This document shows positions 42,880 through 54,818 of a stretch of DNA of 64,000 nt, in pieces; within the stretch, counting starts at the first letter, position 1; every line of letters starts with the position of its first letter. Location: assembly GCA_963725885.1 (NCBI GenBank), contig CAVSAH010000006.1:21828-85827 (forward strand), written 5' to 3'. The notes below the pieces were generated by a model, which worked only from the letters and a program-made list of their open reading frames with translations, searched no databases and was not told the DNA's origin. The translations under genes and the position numbers were made by a program. The DNA is from an uncultured Chloroflexia bacterium (GTDB lineage: Bacteria > Chloroflexota > Limnocylindria > QHBO01).

Positions 42880-44698
42880 TCGCTCGGCTCCAGGCGGCTG
42901 AAGTAGTCACGCACGAAGTCCTTCAGGGTGATCGGCACCTGCTGCCGATCGAGCGCTGTCTGCGCGTAGTCCCGGAACAGGTCGTAGACGGACCGATACG
43001 GGACGACGCTGTCGTTGTCGAACCCGGCTCCGCTGCCCGATCCCGACTGGTCGGTGCCGCCGTTCCCGCCCGATCCGGCGATGAAGTCGGGATCGCCAGG
43101 CCGACCGAAGCGGTCGAAGTCGACGAGGACGTCGGATTGGTCGTCGACCCCGAACCCCTGGTTGCCCTGGGTCGGGCCGTCGAAGCCACCGGTGCGCAGG
43201 CCGCCGCCGGGAATTCGACGCACCGTGGTCCCGCCGCCGCCGCCCGGCTGTGATCCGGGGTTGCTGCCCGGGTTCGAACCCGGGTTGCTGCCCGGGTTGC
43301 ATCCCGGGTTCGACCCGGGTTGCTGCCGGGATTGCTGCCGGGGTTGCTGCCCGGATTGACCGGATTGCCCGGGTTGGATCCAGGGCTCGCGCCCGGCTGG
43401 CCTGAGCCGCCGGGTTGGCCGGGGCTGCCGCAGGTGCGCCGATGCGCCGGCTGTCCCGACGCCCCCGGCTGTCCCGATGCCCCGGGCTGTCCCGAGGCGC
43501 CCGGCTGCCCCGAGGCACCTGGCTGGCCGGCTGTTGGTTGGCCGGCACGCGCCACCTGCCGTGCGCCGTCCTGGAGGGCCGACTGCGCCGCGGCGATGTC
43601 GCGCTGGAGCTGGCGATCGCGGGAGGCACCCGCGCAGGGCATCCGCGGCATCCCGCAGGGCGTCCTCGGCGGCCTGGCGATCCTCCTCGGCTGCCGGTCC
43701 GCGCGGCACGCTCGAGCGCGTCGGCGGCCTCAGCGAGGGCTCGCGCCGCCTCCGGGTGCGACGTCGCTCCCGACTGAGCCGCCTGCTGGAGGGCGGCGGC
43801 TCGTGCCTCCGCCTCCTGTGGGGTCATCGAGCCTGCCTCGTCGGCGAGCTCCTCGAGGTCCTCTGCCGCCTCCTCGGGGTCACCCTCGGGGTTCGCCTCG
43901 TCGTCGTCTGTCGCAGCCTGCGAAGCGGCCCTGGCGAGCTGAGTCAGGGCGGCATCGCGCTGCGTCGCCTCGGGATCGGCTCAGGCGCGCGAGCGCCTCC
44001 TGGACGGAGCCGATGCGGGCGAGGGTCGCCTCGCGGTCGGCTCCCTGCTCGCGCAGCTGCCGGGCGAGCTCACGCAGCTGCGCGCTCGAGCTCCTCTCGG
44101 CGGGGATCGGGAGACGTTCTCCTCGGCAAGCTCGTCGGCCACCTCGTCGATGCGATCGGCCACTCGCTCGGCGGCCTCACGTGCGGCAGCGCGCTGCCGA
44201 AGGATGTCGTCCTGCGGATTCGGCCAGGCAACCAGCAGCAGCGTCATCGCGAGGCCGACGCCGGCGATGGCCAGCGGCCGGCGAGCGAGCCGCGGTCGGA
44301 ACGCGCTGCGCGCGTCGACGCTGCCGAGCTGGGCCCGCGCGTCGGCCAGCTGTCGGGCCTCGAGCGGGATCGTCGCTCTCGCGCTCGGCGATCTCGAGCG
44401 CCGTCCCGAGCCGCTGGCGGAGCTCGAGCTCCTCGTCGGCGCGGCGGGCAGTCTCCACGAGCGAGGGCCGGCGTCGCGCCACGTCCGCGGCCCATCCCGC
44501 GACGCCGATTGCCACGATCGCCGCCTGGAGCCAGGTGGCGTGCTCGAACGGGAAGGCGCGGGCTGCGAGCTGCACGAGCGCCACCGCGACGAAGGTGATG
44601 GCCAGCGCGACCAGGGCCGAGCGCACCGCGCGGCGCCACCACAGACGCCGGCGCAGTGCACGGAGGCGCCGCAGCGCAGTCGGTTCCGAGGCGCGCAT
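42876..44698 (-). CDS. Membrane protein (about 600 aa) with three transmembrane helices, a long coiled-coil, tandem (GQPGAS)n and (SNPG)n low-complexity repeats, and a conserved C-terminal domain. It is ATGA-coupled to moxR.
   Basis: MRASEPTALRRLRALRRRLWWRRAVRSALVALAITFVAVALVQL..WLQAAIVAIGVAGWAA (ORF 44177..44698); ..LAIAGVGLAMTLLLVAWPNPQDDILRQRAAAREAAERVADRIDEVADELAEE (43981..44796); MTPQEAEARAAALQQAAQ.. (42907..43827); QPGASGQPGASGQPGASGQPGASG..SNPGSNPGSNPG (42923..43651); C-terminus DFDRFGRPGDPDFIAG..VPYRSVYDLFRDYAQTALDRQQVPITLKDFVRDYFSRLEPSE* (42876..43709). The DNA shows 15-bp tandem repeats at about 43255-43380 and 43440-43540. Confidence 0.5.
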
Positions 44699-44725
44699 CG
44701 ATCGCGGCGCCCACGGTGCGATCGC

Positions 44726-45815
44726 TCATACGACCTCTTCCTCGATCTCCACCCTTGCCGCTTCGGGCGCCCGACGCGCGCGGCGCAGGCCGCCACGCAT
44801 GCCGGCGGGGACCACGAGACGCATCGACACGACGGTCAGCACGATCCCTAGGGCCACCATGCTGAGGGCGATCCGCGGCCACCAGTACCCAGCGCCCTCG
44901 TCGACCACCTGCTGGTCGGGCACACCGCCCGACGGGCTCGCAGCCGAACTGGTCACACACGACACCTTCGTCGACGCCGATCGGCTGATCGGGACGCGCT
45001 CCGGCCATCTGGCCGAGGAGGCTCGACAGGCCTGGGTCGCCGCCGCTGACCGCGATGACATCGACCATGGCGATGCCGGGGTTCACGTAGAGCAGGACCT
45101 CGGGCGCCGGCTCCGGATCGACGACGAAGCCCGAGGCGGACTGGTTGGCGAAGATCGTCCAGAACACGAAGATGGCGCCGGTCCCCAGGGTCAGGGCGAG
45201 CACCGTGATGTACGTCAGGACCGTTGCGGCCTGGGTTCGTTTCAGCAGCGCGCTGAAGAAGAGGCCGATCGCGCCAAGTGCGAAGGCCACGGCCAGGAGG
45301 ACCACCTGCTGCCGCACGATGTCACCGACGGTCACTCCGCCGTACATGAGGACGATGGCGGTGATCGGGATCGCGGCCAGGATCATGAGCACGACATATG
45401 CGAGCGCGGCGGCGAGCTTGCCGACCACGATGGCCCCCGGACGCATCGGCGTGCTGACCAGCAGGTCGAGGGTCTGCTTCTCGCGCTCGAGGCTGATCTG
45501 TCCCGACGTTGCTGCCGGGGCGATGAAGCAGATCAGGATGAGCTGGAAGATCGAGAGGACCACGAAGATCGACTGCCCGACGATGGCCGATGCGTTCGCC
45601 GGCTGGATGCCGACGCCAGTGCTCGGGGCGGCCAGGAGGTAGACCGCGTACGTGATGAGCGCCAGCAGGCCGAGGTAGATGGTGAGGAGCACGAACGCGC
45701 GTCGACCGCGCATGCGGGATCGCAGTTCCTTGGTCATGATCGTGCCAACCCCGCCGAGGAACTCGCGCGGAAGGGACCGCCGTGCCGGCGCGATGACCGT
45801 CGCCTCGGCGCTCAT
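44726..45815 (-). CDS. ABC-2 family transporter permease, frameshift near 44990
   Basis: MSAEATVIAPARRSLPREFLGGVGTIMTKELRSRMRGRRAFVLLTIYLGLLALITYAVYLLAA..SGQISLEREKQTLDLLVSTPMRPGAIVVGKLAAALAYVVLMILAAIPITAIVLMYGG.. (ORF 44244..46499). C-terminus ..YWWPRIALSMVALGIVLTVVSMRL.. (44726..45061). Its ATG overlaps the ATPase stop. Confidence 0.6.
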
Positions 45816-46786
45816 GCCGCCTCCTCCTCGACCTGGCCGGTCACCTTCAGGAATATCTCCTCGAGGTCGCTCGTCGCCTGGGTGAAGCCGGCCACGCGGT
45901 GCCCGGCGTCGATCATCGCCCGCAGGAGGGCGGCCTGGTCGTCCTGGGTGCCGTCGAAGGCCACCTCCAGTCGGGTCGACCCGGCCGAGTGCTGCGACGG
46001 AAGGACGTCCCCGACCCGCGGATCGGTTCCCAGCCACTCGCTGACCACCCGGACTTCGTCCTCGTCGCCGAGGACGTCGATGCGCAGGAGGGCGGTGGCC
46101 CGCAGGGACCGTTCGATGTCCGTGATCGAGCCGGCGCGCAGCACCCGCCCGTGATCGATGATCGCGACGCCGGTGCACATTTCGCCGAGCTCGGGGAGGA
46201 TGTGGCTGCTGACAAGGATCGTCTTGCCCATGCCGCGCAGCTCGCCGAGGATCTCGCGCATCTCGACCCGCGCCCGCGGATCCAGGCCCGATGCCGGCTC
46301 GTCGAGGATGAGCAGCGCCGGGTCGTGGACGAGCGTGTGGGCCAGGCACAGGCGCTGGCGCATGCCGCGCGAGAGGCTCTCGACGTATGCGTCGCGCTTG
46401 TCGACGAGGCCGACGATCTCGAGCAGCTCGCCGATCATGCGGGCTCGGCGCTTCGCCGGCACGTCGTAGCAGCGGGCGAAGAAGTCGAGGTACTCCCACA
46501 CCCGCAGGTCGTCGTAGACACCGTAGAAGTCCGGCATGTAGCCGATGCGGCGGCGCACCTCGATCGGGTCGGCAAGGACGGGGATGCCGGTCACGAACGC
46601 CTCACCGGCGGTCGGGGCGAGCAGCGTGGCGAGGATCTTCATCGTCGTCGTCTTGCCTGCCCCGTTCGGGCCGACCAGGCCGTAGATCTCGCCCGCTCCG
46701 ACCACGAGGTCGATCCCGGCCACGGCCAGGTTTGCGTCATAGCGCTTTACGAGGCCACGGGTCTCGACCACCGGGACCGCGGTCAT
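45812..46786 (-). CDS. ABC transporter ATP-binding protein
   Basis: Intact 324-aa ORF: GLVGPNGAGKTTTMKIL (Walker A), LSRGMRQRLCLAHTLVHDPALLILDEPASGLD, VSSHILPE. Confidence 0.8.
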   Translation of the reverse strand: MTAVPVVETRGLVKRYDANLAVAGIDLVVGAGEIYGLVGPNGAGKTTTMKILATLLAPTAGEAFVTGIPVLADPIEVRRRIGYMPDFYGVYDDLRVWEYLDFFARCYDVPAKRRARMIGELLEIVGLVDKRDAYVESLSRGMRQRLCLAHTLVHDPALLILDEPASGLDPRARVEMREILGELRGMGKTILVSSHILPELGEMCTGVAIIDHGRVLRAGSITDIERSLRATALLRIDVLGDEDEVRVVSEWLGTDPRVGDVLPSQHSAGSTRLEVAFDGTQDDQAALLRAMIDAGHRVAGFTQATSDLEEIFLKVTGQVEEEAA

Positions 46787-49204
46787 GGCGCCAGCACTCC
46801 GCGCACCTCGGCGCTGACGAAGACGCCGGCCTGGCCGAAGCCGGCATCGCTGGTCCCCGTGATGCGGACCTCGATGAGGCCAGTTGGGCTCAGGGCCGAG
46901 TCGACGTCGTCGATGACGAACGAGGATTGATCGCTCAGGTCACCGAGCATCTTCCACCCACCGGTCGCCGGGTCGCGTAGTTCCACCGTGAAGCCCTCGG
47001 GCCAGAAGCCGGCGAAGTCACCCTGCTCGCCCAGGACGATCGAGTAGTCCGGGCCGACCACGATCTCGACCTCTGTGGCCTCGAGCCCGGACGCCTCGAG
47101 CGGCAGGGCGATGCCGAACGTGACGAAGCCGTCGTTGATGATCACGCTGCCCGCCTCGAACCCGCCGACCACGTCTCCGTCGATCTCCGTCACCGAGACC
47201 GACATCTGGGCTGGTCGGACGGTCACTGCCCCGGTGCCGAGACCAGGCTGCACGGCGACGACTTCGACGACGCGACGTGAGCCGTCGCGTCGTGACGTCG
47301 TCGACCTCCACCGGGAGCACGCCCTCGCCCTCGTGCCACCCGATGACGAAGGGTCCGCGCCCGAACGTCACCGCCTCCATGCCGGCCCAACCGCCGTAGC
47401 CGACGAGGGCGTCGATGACCTGGCGACGCAGCGCGACCCGGCGTTGCTCATCAGTCGCGCTTTCGAAGCCGCCGAAGCCGTAGACCTGGTCCGACGCGCT
47501 CGACCCGTTGAAGTTCGGGTCGCCGAACTGGACTTCGGCGCTCGCTCCCGGCGCCAGGTCGCCGATGCGCTCGCCGCCTGCCGAGCTCACCAGCGCCACG
47601 TCGGTCAGCCGTTCGTCGGACACATTCGTGACCGTGCCGACAGCCGCGCCGTCGCGAACCGCCCAGGTGACCTCGAGCGCCGGCTCTGCATCGGCGATGG
47701 CGCTGGCCTCGATGCCGGCGAAGCCGAACGACGCGATGGAAAGCCCGCGAAGGTATGCCGGCCGTCCCTGCTCGATCATCGTTCCGCGGGGTGCCGGGGC
47801 CCCCCCGTTGTCGATGAATCCGTCGCCGGGAATCGGCGCCGACAATGCATCGGCGTCGACGCTGAGATCGTACGTGGAGCGGTCGGGTGAAAAGACGCCG
47901 GCGAACGTCTCGACCAATGCGGTGCCAGCCGACGTCGTTCGCACGACGGCGACCTGGTTCACGACGATGTCAGTGCCCTTGATGGTGCGTCCGATGCCGA
48001 ACGAGCAGGCACTGAACGTCACGATCAGGATCGGAGCGGTGACCCAGGCCAGCTCTCGTCGGTCCCATCGGCGGAGTGCGACGTAGCTGATCGGGCCGAT
48101 GAGAAGGATGTAGGCGACGATCACGCCGATCAGCAGCTCGGCCGAGGGTACGGTGAGCGTTGGCAGCGTGGAGAGGGCGTTTCGCATTGCCGACCGCATC
48201 TGGTCACGATCGCCGGCGCCACCGAGGAATTGGTCGATTGCCTGGGTCGTCGGGTCGACGCGATTCCAGAAGGTGATTGCCGCTGCCCATCCGGCGAGTG
48301 CGTCACTCGCCAGGTCCGCCCCCACGAGAACGACCTGCCCCGCGCCCTCGGGACGCATCGACAGAATCACGGTTCCGTCACTGCCCTCGATCACGGCGCG
48401 GGCGTCGTCTCGCAGCGGTCCGGTCGAAACGGTCGCGGTGCCGAGGTCCGTATCGGCGGCGGCGACCCAGTCGGCGAGCGGGGCGAGCGAGACGCCATCG
48501 GCCGACGCGAGGGTCGTCACCGGGAGCAGGGCAGCGAGCCCTGCCGTTCGGGTCTGCCAATCGGCGCCACCGATGACGATCAATCGGCCGCCGTCGGCGA
48601 CCCAGTGTGCGAGGCTGTCGCGCTGCCCGCCAGTGAGAGCGGTGGCGTCGCCCGCCCAGACGATCGTCCCGAGCCCGGACAGCGGCTCCGGCCGCTCGGG
48701 CAGCTCGGCAACGCCGAATGACACGATCTCGGGTCGCATTCCCTGCCCGGACGCCGTCAGCTGCTGTCGGAGCGTGCCGCGCGAGTCGCCGACGACGGCG
48801 ACCTGCCCGCTCGCCTGCTCGAGCACGCGAATCTCGCCGACGGCGGACACGCTGCCGTTCGTCTCCGCGTAGGTCACGGTGAGCTCGGTCTGGAATGCGC
48901 CGGGCCGCGCGTACAGGGGCACCACCTTGCGGGCGCCGGCCGGGAGGTCGACGTGGCGCCGAACGGTGCCGTTGTCCGTCTCCGCCACGAGGTACCCATC
49001 CGTCGGCGGGCCCTCGTTGACGAGCGTGACCGAGAGCGCGACCCAGCCCCCGACCTGGTAGCGCCCTCCAACCAACGGATGCAACTCGATCTGCACCGCG
49101 CTGGCGGCCATGGTCGGCATCGTCAGCGCGCCGACGACGACGCACGCCGTCGCGGCAGCAAGGACAAGGCGGCGGGCGCGGGTCATCGCGGACAGGATCG
49201 GCAT
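46783..49204 (-). CDS. Large secreted/membrane protein (about 800 aa) with signal peptide and internal two-helix transmembrane hairpin, probably the auxiliary component of the ABC-2 transporter (DUF4350/GldG-like by context). Frameshift near 47270; its stop overlaps the ATPase start.
   Basis: MTRARRLVLAAATACVVVGALTMPTMAASA..; ..HWVADGGRLIVIGGADWQ..; transmembrane segment LLIGVIVAYILLIGPISYVALRRW..WVTAPILIVTFSACSFGIG (ORF 47018..49204); C-terminus in ORF 46783..47253. Confidence 0.5.
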
Positions 49205-49333
49205 GGTCCCCTTTGGTCGAATGTACGCGTGGTCGAGTTCCCGCTAGACGTGGCGAGCGCCCGACCGGTTGCAGGCGCCCGGCGCTGACGAGTGTACGGA
49301 CGCACGAGCCGCCGATGCTAGAGTCCGATCGGG

Positions 49334-51238
49334 ATGGACGCATCGGTCGAGGGTCCGGACGAGCTGGAGCGCCACCTCGAGCGCCAGATGCGAGCGCAGG
49401 AGCGGCAGCTCGCCTGGGCGCGGCTCGGGATGGCGTTGCTGGCCGGAGCCCTCCTCCTCGTGCTCGTGGTGTGGGGACAGACCGACCTTCTCCCGTTGCT
49501 GGCGCTGGTGACGGCGCTGGCGCTTTGGAGCCTCGTCGTCCCGTGGCTGCTGCGCCGGTTCCCGGCACGCGAGGTCGGGATCGTGAGCACGGTCGTCGAC
49601 ATGGCCGCGGTGACGATCGCTGTCTACGCAGCGCCGGGCGCCCCCGACCTTTACCTCTTCTACGGGCTCGTCATCCTCGGGGCGGCGCTGCGGTTCGGAC
49701 TCGGGGCGGCCGTCTGGTCGTCGGTGGTGATGAGCGCGATGTACCTCGCCGTCGTCCTGCTCGGCCGGGGACAGGACCCGCCCCCGCCGGAGGTGCTGGG
49801 AGTTCGCGTCGCGTACCTCATCGGGTTCGGTCTCCTCGCCGGACTCTTCAGCCGGATCGTCATCGGCCGCGCGACCGAGAACGCTCGCCTCCAGGTCCGG
49901 CTTGCCGAGGAGGAGCGCCAGCAGGCAATGACCCGGGAACGAGAGGTGCTGAGCCGGCTCGGCCGGGACTTCGGAGCGTCGCTCGACCGCGAGGCCACCC
50001 TGCGGGCAGTGGCTGCGGGTGCCGCGCCGATCCTGGGCGGGGCGACGGTGGTGTTCACGGTCGAGGAGGCGGATCGCCGTCTCGTGCCCGCGGCCGCTGC
50101 CGGCCCGGATGGGGAGCTCGTCGAGGCATGGCGACGCTTCGCGGCCGAGCGGCCCGCTCGGCTGGGAGAGGGCCTGATCGGCGGCGTGGGGGCGACGGCG
50201 GCACCACGGCAGGCTCACTTCGACGAGGTCGCGACGGGGGACCCCGATGGGATGCGCGCGCTCGGCCTCGACTGGCTGCTCGCCGCGCCGATCCTGGCCG
50301 GTGGACGGCTGCACGGGGTGCTTGCCAGCGCGGGGCGGGCCGACCGCCCGTTGGGGGACGGGATCATGCGCATGGCGGAGGCGGTGGCCGACCGGGCGGG
50401 GCCGGCCCTCCAGAACGCGCAGCTGTGGTCCGACCTCCAGGATCGGATGGCGCGCGAGCAGGCGGCGCAGCGCATCAAGGACGACTTCCTCTCCATCGTG
50501 AGCCATGAGCTGCGGACACCACTGACGAGCATTCAGGGCTACTCACAGCTGCTCGAGGCGCGGCTCGCGGCGGACCTCGACATCGAGTCCAAGGAGATGG
50601 CGCACCTCCGCGTCATCCGCTCCCAGGTCGGGCGCATGCGGCGCCTCGTCGACGACCTGCTCGACGTGAGCCGCATCGATCGCCGCGGAGCGGTGAGCAT
50701 CGAGACGGTCGACTTCGACCTCGCCAACGAGGTGCGCGAGGCCGCGGCGCGCATCGCCCGCGAGCACAGCGACCGGCCGGTCGAGGTGACGACCTCGGGC
50801 AGCCTCGCCGTCCATGCCGATCGTGACCGCATCGGCCAGGTGCTGAGCAACCTGCTCGAGAATGCGATCAAGTACTCGCCCGACGGCGGCCCAATTCGCG
50901 TCAGCGCCGAGGGCCGCGGGGGAGAGGTCGAGGTGCGCGTCGCGGACACCGGCATCGGGATCGCCCCGGAGCACCGCGACAACGTGTTCGAGCGCTTCTA
51001 CCAGGCCGATGGGGACTCCGGGCAGCGCCGCTTCGGCGGCCTCGGTCTCGGCCTCTACATCAGCCGCGCCATCATCGACGCCCATGGCGGCCACATCTGG
51101 GCGGCCGGCAACACCGAGGACGGGAGGGGATCGGTCTTCGGCTTCCGCATCCCGCGCGTGCCGATGACGCTCGCGTCGGCGGCCGTCGCGCCCACCGGCG
51201 AGCCTCCCGCGTTCGTGGTGCGGCGCCGGGAGTCGTAG
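49334..51238 (+). CDS. Sensor histidine kinase: N-terminal multi-helix membrane domain, GAF domain, HisKA and HATPase_c
   Basis: Intact 634-aa ORF: ..FLSIVSHELRTPLTSIQGYSQLL..LLENAIKYSPDGGPIRV..DTGIGIAPEHRDNVFERFYQ..GGLGLGLYISRAIIDAHGG. Confidence 0.75.
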   Translation: MDASVEGPDELERHLERQMRAQERQLAWARLGMALLAGALLLVLVVWGQTDLLPLLALVTALALWSLVVPWLLRRFPAREVGIVSTVVDMAAVTIAVYAAPGAPDLYLFYGLVILGAALRFGLGAAVWSSVVMSAMYLAVVLLGRGQDPPPPEVLGVRVAYLIGFGLLAGLFSRIVIGRATENARLQVRLAEEERQQAMTREREVLSRLGRDFGASLDREATLRAVAAGAAPILGGATVVFTVEEADRRLVPAAAAGPDGELVEAWRRFAAERPARLGEGLIGGVGATAAPRQAHFDEVATGDPDGMRALGLDWLLAAPILAGGRLHGVLASAGRADRPLGDGIMRMAEAVADRAGPALQNAQLWSDLQDRMAREQAAQRIKDDFLSIVSHELRTPLTSIQGYSQLLEARLAADLDIESKEMAHLRVIRSQVGRMRRLVDDLLDVSRIDRRGAVSIETVDFDLANEVREAAARIAREHSDRPVEVTTSGSLAVHADRDRIGQVLSNLLENAIKYSPDGGPIRVSAEGRGGEVEVRVADTGIGIAPEHRDNVFERFYQADGDSGQRRFGGLGLGLYISRAIIDAHGGHIWAAGNTEDGRGSVFGFRIPRVPMTLASAAVAPTGEPPAFVVRRRES

Positions 51239-51246
51239 CGGAGCCA

Positions 51247-52319
51247 ATGGCGACGACCACGGCCGCGCTCCTCGCCGAGCTGGCCGCACGCCACGGGCTG
51301 GAGCTGCTCGGCGTGACGTCGGCGGATCCTCTCTCCGCGGATCGAGCCCGGATGGAGGCCAGTGTCGGTTCCGGGCGGATGGCGCGCATGGACTGGATGG
51401 GCGGCGAGCGGCCGGCGATCGCGACCGATCCGCGTCGTCATGACCCCGCTGCGCGTTCGGTCATCGTCGTCGCGGCGCCGTATGCGGGTGCGGAGCGCGC
51501 GCGATGGGACCCTGGGCCCGACGCCCTGCGTCGTGCGCTCCGTCCCGTCCTCGAGGCGGCTCCCGCAGAGCCCGCCGGGCGAATCGCGCGATATGCGCTT
51601 GGCACCGACTACCACGTGGCGCTGCGCGGCAGGCTCGAAGCGCTGGCGGCGGACCTGCGCGCATCGGGCGTCGAGGCAGGCGCGACCGCATACGTCGATG
51701 ACCGGCCGCTGGCCGAGCGCGGGTTCGCCGCGCGGGCTGGCATCGGCTGGATCGGGAAGAACACGAACCTATTGACTCACCAACGCGCCGGCTCGTGGGT
51801 CTTCCTCGGGGCCATCCTGAGCTCGGCCGAGCTGCCGGCCGACGAACCGATTCGCTCCAGCTGCGGCGGCTGCACGCGCTGCCTGAGCGGTTGTCCCGAC
51901 GGGAGCGCTGGTCGGGCCGCGCACCATCGATGCCGGGCGCTGCATTAGCTACCTGACGATCGAGCATCCCGGCGGCTTCGACCCGTGGGAGGCATCGGCC
52001 ATTGGCGATTGGATCTTCGGCTGCGACGTGTGCCAGGAGGTCTGCCCGGTGAACGCGCGACGCCGATGACCGCGGCCCGCTGCTCGTTCCGCTCCTGCCG
52101 CTCATCGAATGGCTCCTGCCGCTGGGCGGGCGCGCCTTCGCGCGTGCGGTGGGGGAGACGGCCCTGACACGTGGAGGGCGCCACCGGCTGCTTCGCAATG
52201 CCCTCGCGGCGCTCGGCAACGCCGGCCCGCTAAGCCCCGAGGCGCGTCGGCTCGTCGAGCGAGCAGCGGTGGACAGGCGAATCGAGGTGCGTCGCGCCGC
52301 GGATGCTCTGCTCCGCTGA
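51247..52319 (+). CDS. queG: Epoxyqueuosine reductase QueG (tRNA epoxyqueuosine(34) reductase), two to three frameshifts
   Basis: ..RIARYALGTDYHVALRGRLEALAADL..RPLAERGFAARAGIGWIGKNTNLLTHQRAGSWVFLGAILSSAELPADEPI..CGGCTRCLSGCP (ORF 51247..51948). The downstream iron-sulfur part ..RCISYLTIEHPGGFDPWEASAIGDWIFGCDVCQEVCPVN.. and a HEAT-like tail lie in other frames. Confidence 0.65.
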
Positions 52320-52567
52320 TCGCCGTTGCTGTGCACCAGCGGCACGCATCGGCCAACCCACGGCCGGCCGGTGCCCACTTCGTGCGGCTGGTGCATCTTC
52401 CCGGCAGGACACGGCGGCAGGATCCGCCAAAAGGGGTCCTTCTTGGCAGTTGGATGCCGCTGCGGAACACCCGAAGGGGCCGCTTGGTCCTGTGGTACCG
52501 CTGCCGCACGGCGCGGCCGACGAACGGAGACGCGAAGCCGACGCGCCCACCCGGCTATCCTGATCCG

Positions 52568-53914
52568 ATGCCCAGGGTCGCGCCGTTTCGGGGTCTCCAC
52601 TATGCGCACGCGCGCTTCGGCGCCGGTGCGGTGCCGGCCCGCGTGCAGACCAGCGACGACGCCGATGCGCCGCCCGCGAGCCTGGCCGACGTGACCGATG
52701 TTGCCTGCCCGCCGTACGACGTCATCAGCGACGCCCAGCGCCGCAGCACTGCTGGACCGTGATCCGCGCAACGCGGTCAGGCTCGAGTACAGCGCCGACC
52801 CCGACCCGCACGCGGCCGCGGCCTCGACGCTCACGGGCTGGCTGGCCGACGGCACCCTCGAGCGGCGCGCCGAGCCGGCGGCCTACTACTACCGCCACGC
52901 GACCTCGGCCGCTCCGGACGACCTCGTCGTCGAGGGGATCGCGCTGCGCGTGCTGCTCGAGCCGTGGGGCGATGGCATCCGGCCCCACGAGCACACCATG
53001 CCCGGCCCGAAGGCGGACCGACTGGCCCTGCTGCATGCCACGCGCACGCAGCTGAGCCCGATCCTGGCGGTCTACTTCGATCGCTCGGAACGGCACCACC
53101 ACCTCATGGCGCGGGCCTGGACGGACGAGTGGCGCGCGCGCGACGACGACGGCCTGCTCCACCAGCTGGCGGCCTTCGAGGCCGACGACCGGCTCCTGGG
53201 CCACCTCGGGCGCCAGACGTTCTTCGTCGCGGACGGCCATCACCGCTACGAGACTGCGCTCGCCTACCAGGCCGAGGTTCGCGCCGATCCGCGCTTTACG
53301 GCGGCGGATCCGGGGAGCCTCGCGGCCGACTGGATCCTCATGCTTCTCGTCAACGCGGAGCTCGCCGAGCTCGAGATCCTGCCCACTCATCGGCTCCTGC
53401 TCGAATCCGATGCCGATGCGCTGCGCGCGCTCGTCGGCGGGGACGACCCGCTATGGCAGTCCATCCCCGTATCGCCGGAGGGCCTCGACGGGGCCCTGGC
53501 CGATCGGGCCCCGAGCACGCGGCCCCGCGTTCGGGCTGGTGCTGCCCGGACGACGACGGGTTCCTGCTCCTCGGCGACACCGACGGGATCGAGGCGAGGC
53601 TTCGCCGAGAGGTGATGTCCGGCGCGTCGCGGGCCCTCGACCTCGCCGCTCTGCACACAACGATTCTTGGCGACCGCCTCGGCATCACGGCCGACGATCT
53701 CGCTGCGGGCACCCGCCTCGCCTACACTAGGGACGCCGACGACGCGCGCCAACGGGTGGCCACCGGCGAGGCCGCGGCCGCGATTCTCGTGCGCTCGACC
53801 CCTCTCGACCAGATGGCCGACGTGGCGACCGCCGGCGACGTGATGCCACAGAAATCGACCTACTTCTATCCCAAGCTCCTGACCGGGCTGGTCTTCAACC
53901 CCCTGGAGGACTGA
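52568..53914 (+). CDS. DUF1015 family protein, two frameshifts
   Basis: MPRVAPFRGLHYAHARFG..VACPPYDVISDAQR (ORF 52109..52762); ..AAYYYRHAT..HEHTMPGPKADRLALLHATRTQLSPILAVYFD..FFVADGHHRYETALAYQ (52698..53615); ..PQKSTYFYPKLLTGLVFNPLED* (52964..53914). Confidence 0.55.
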
Positions 53915-53922
53915 CGCGACCG

Positions 53923-54795
53923 ATGGTGCAGGCAATCAAGCGCGACGAGGTCTTCATCGAGCCCGAGGGCATCCACATCGAGACCCACCAGCCCGAGCGG
54001 CGTTCGCGCAAGCCCCCGTTGCTCCTCGTGCACGGCGTCCTGACCGGGTCATGGCTGTGGACCGAGTTCGCCGCGTACCTCGCCGAGCGTGGCTGGGAGG
54101 CGCATGCCATGAACCTCCGCGGCCACTTCACCAGCGCGCCGGCCGAGCTCGACGAGACCTCGATGTCCGACTATGCCGATGACGTCGCCGTGGCGATGCG
54201 CCAGCTCGGGCGCCCCGCGGTCCTGGTGACGTGGGGGATCGGTGCGCTGGCGGCTCTGATGTACGCCCAGCACAACCCGTCGCGCGTGCTCGGCCTCGTG
54301 CTGCTGGCGCCCTCGCCGCCGGCCGACGCGCTGCCTCGTCGCCCCGAGGACCACGAGCTGCGGGCGGTTCCCGCGGTCTACGACGCCGCCTGGTGGGGCT
54401 GGACCGGCACGACGCAGCAGCTCCGCGAGCGGATGCCGGACATGGACGAGCACGACATCTTCAAGATGACCGAGCTGCTCGACGGCGCTCGCGAGTCCGG
54501 GCTGGCACGCCGCCAGCGGATGGAGGGCATCGCGATCGACGCCGGCGGCGCTCGCCGACGTTCCCTCCCTCGTCATCGGGGCCGGCCGCGACGACGTCAT
54601 CCATCCCAACGAGACCCGCCGAACGGCGGACCTCCTCGAGGCGTCGTACGAGTACTTCCCGTCCGCGTCGCACTTCGGCCTCGTGATGGGGGAGCACAGC
54701 TGGCCCGAGGTTGCCGCGAGCGTCCTCGGCTGGCTCGAGGAGCGCCGCCCATCGATGACCGCGGCGGCCGGCATGACGGTCGGGGCGCGCCGCTA
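53923..54795 (+). CDS. Alpha/beta hydrolase fold protein, frameshift near 54545
   Basis: ..PPLLLVHGVLTGSWLWTEFAAYLAERGWEAHAMNLRGH..VTWGIGALAALMYAQHNPSRVLGLVLLAPSP.. (ORF 53923..54990). The alternate-frame C-terminus ..LVIGAGRDDVIHPNETRRTADLLEASYEYFPSASHFGLV.. ends at TAG 54793-54795. Confidence 0.6.
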
Positions 54796-54818
54796 GGAGC
54801 TGCCGCGGAGCCGCCGCC

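Noticed and set aside
43320-46154. 944-aa plus-strand ORF
   Set aside because: It is the antisense shadow across the repeat protein, the ABC-2 permease and the ATPase genes. It is dominated by translation of the tandem repeats and GC-rich codons.
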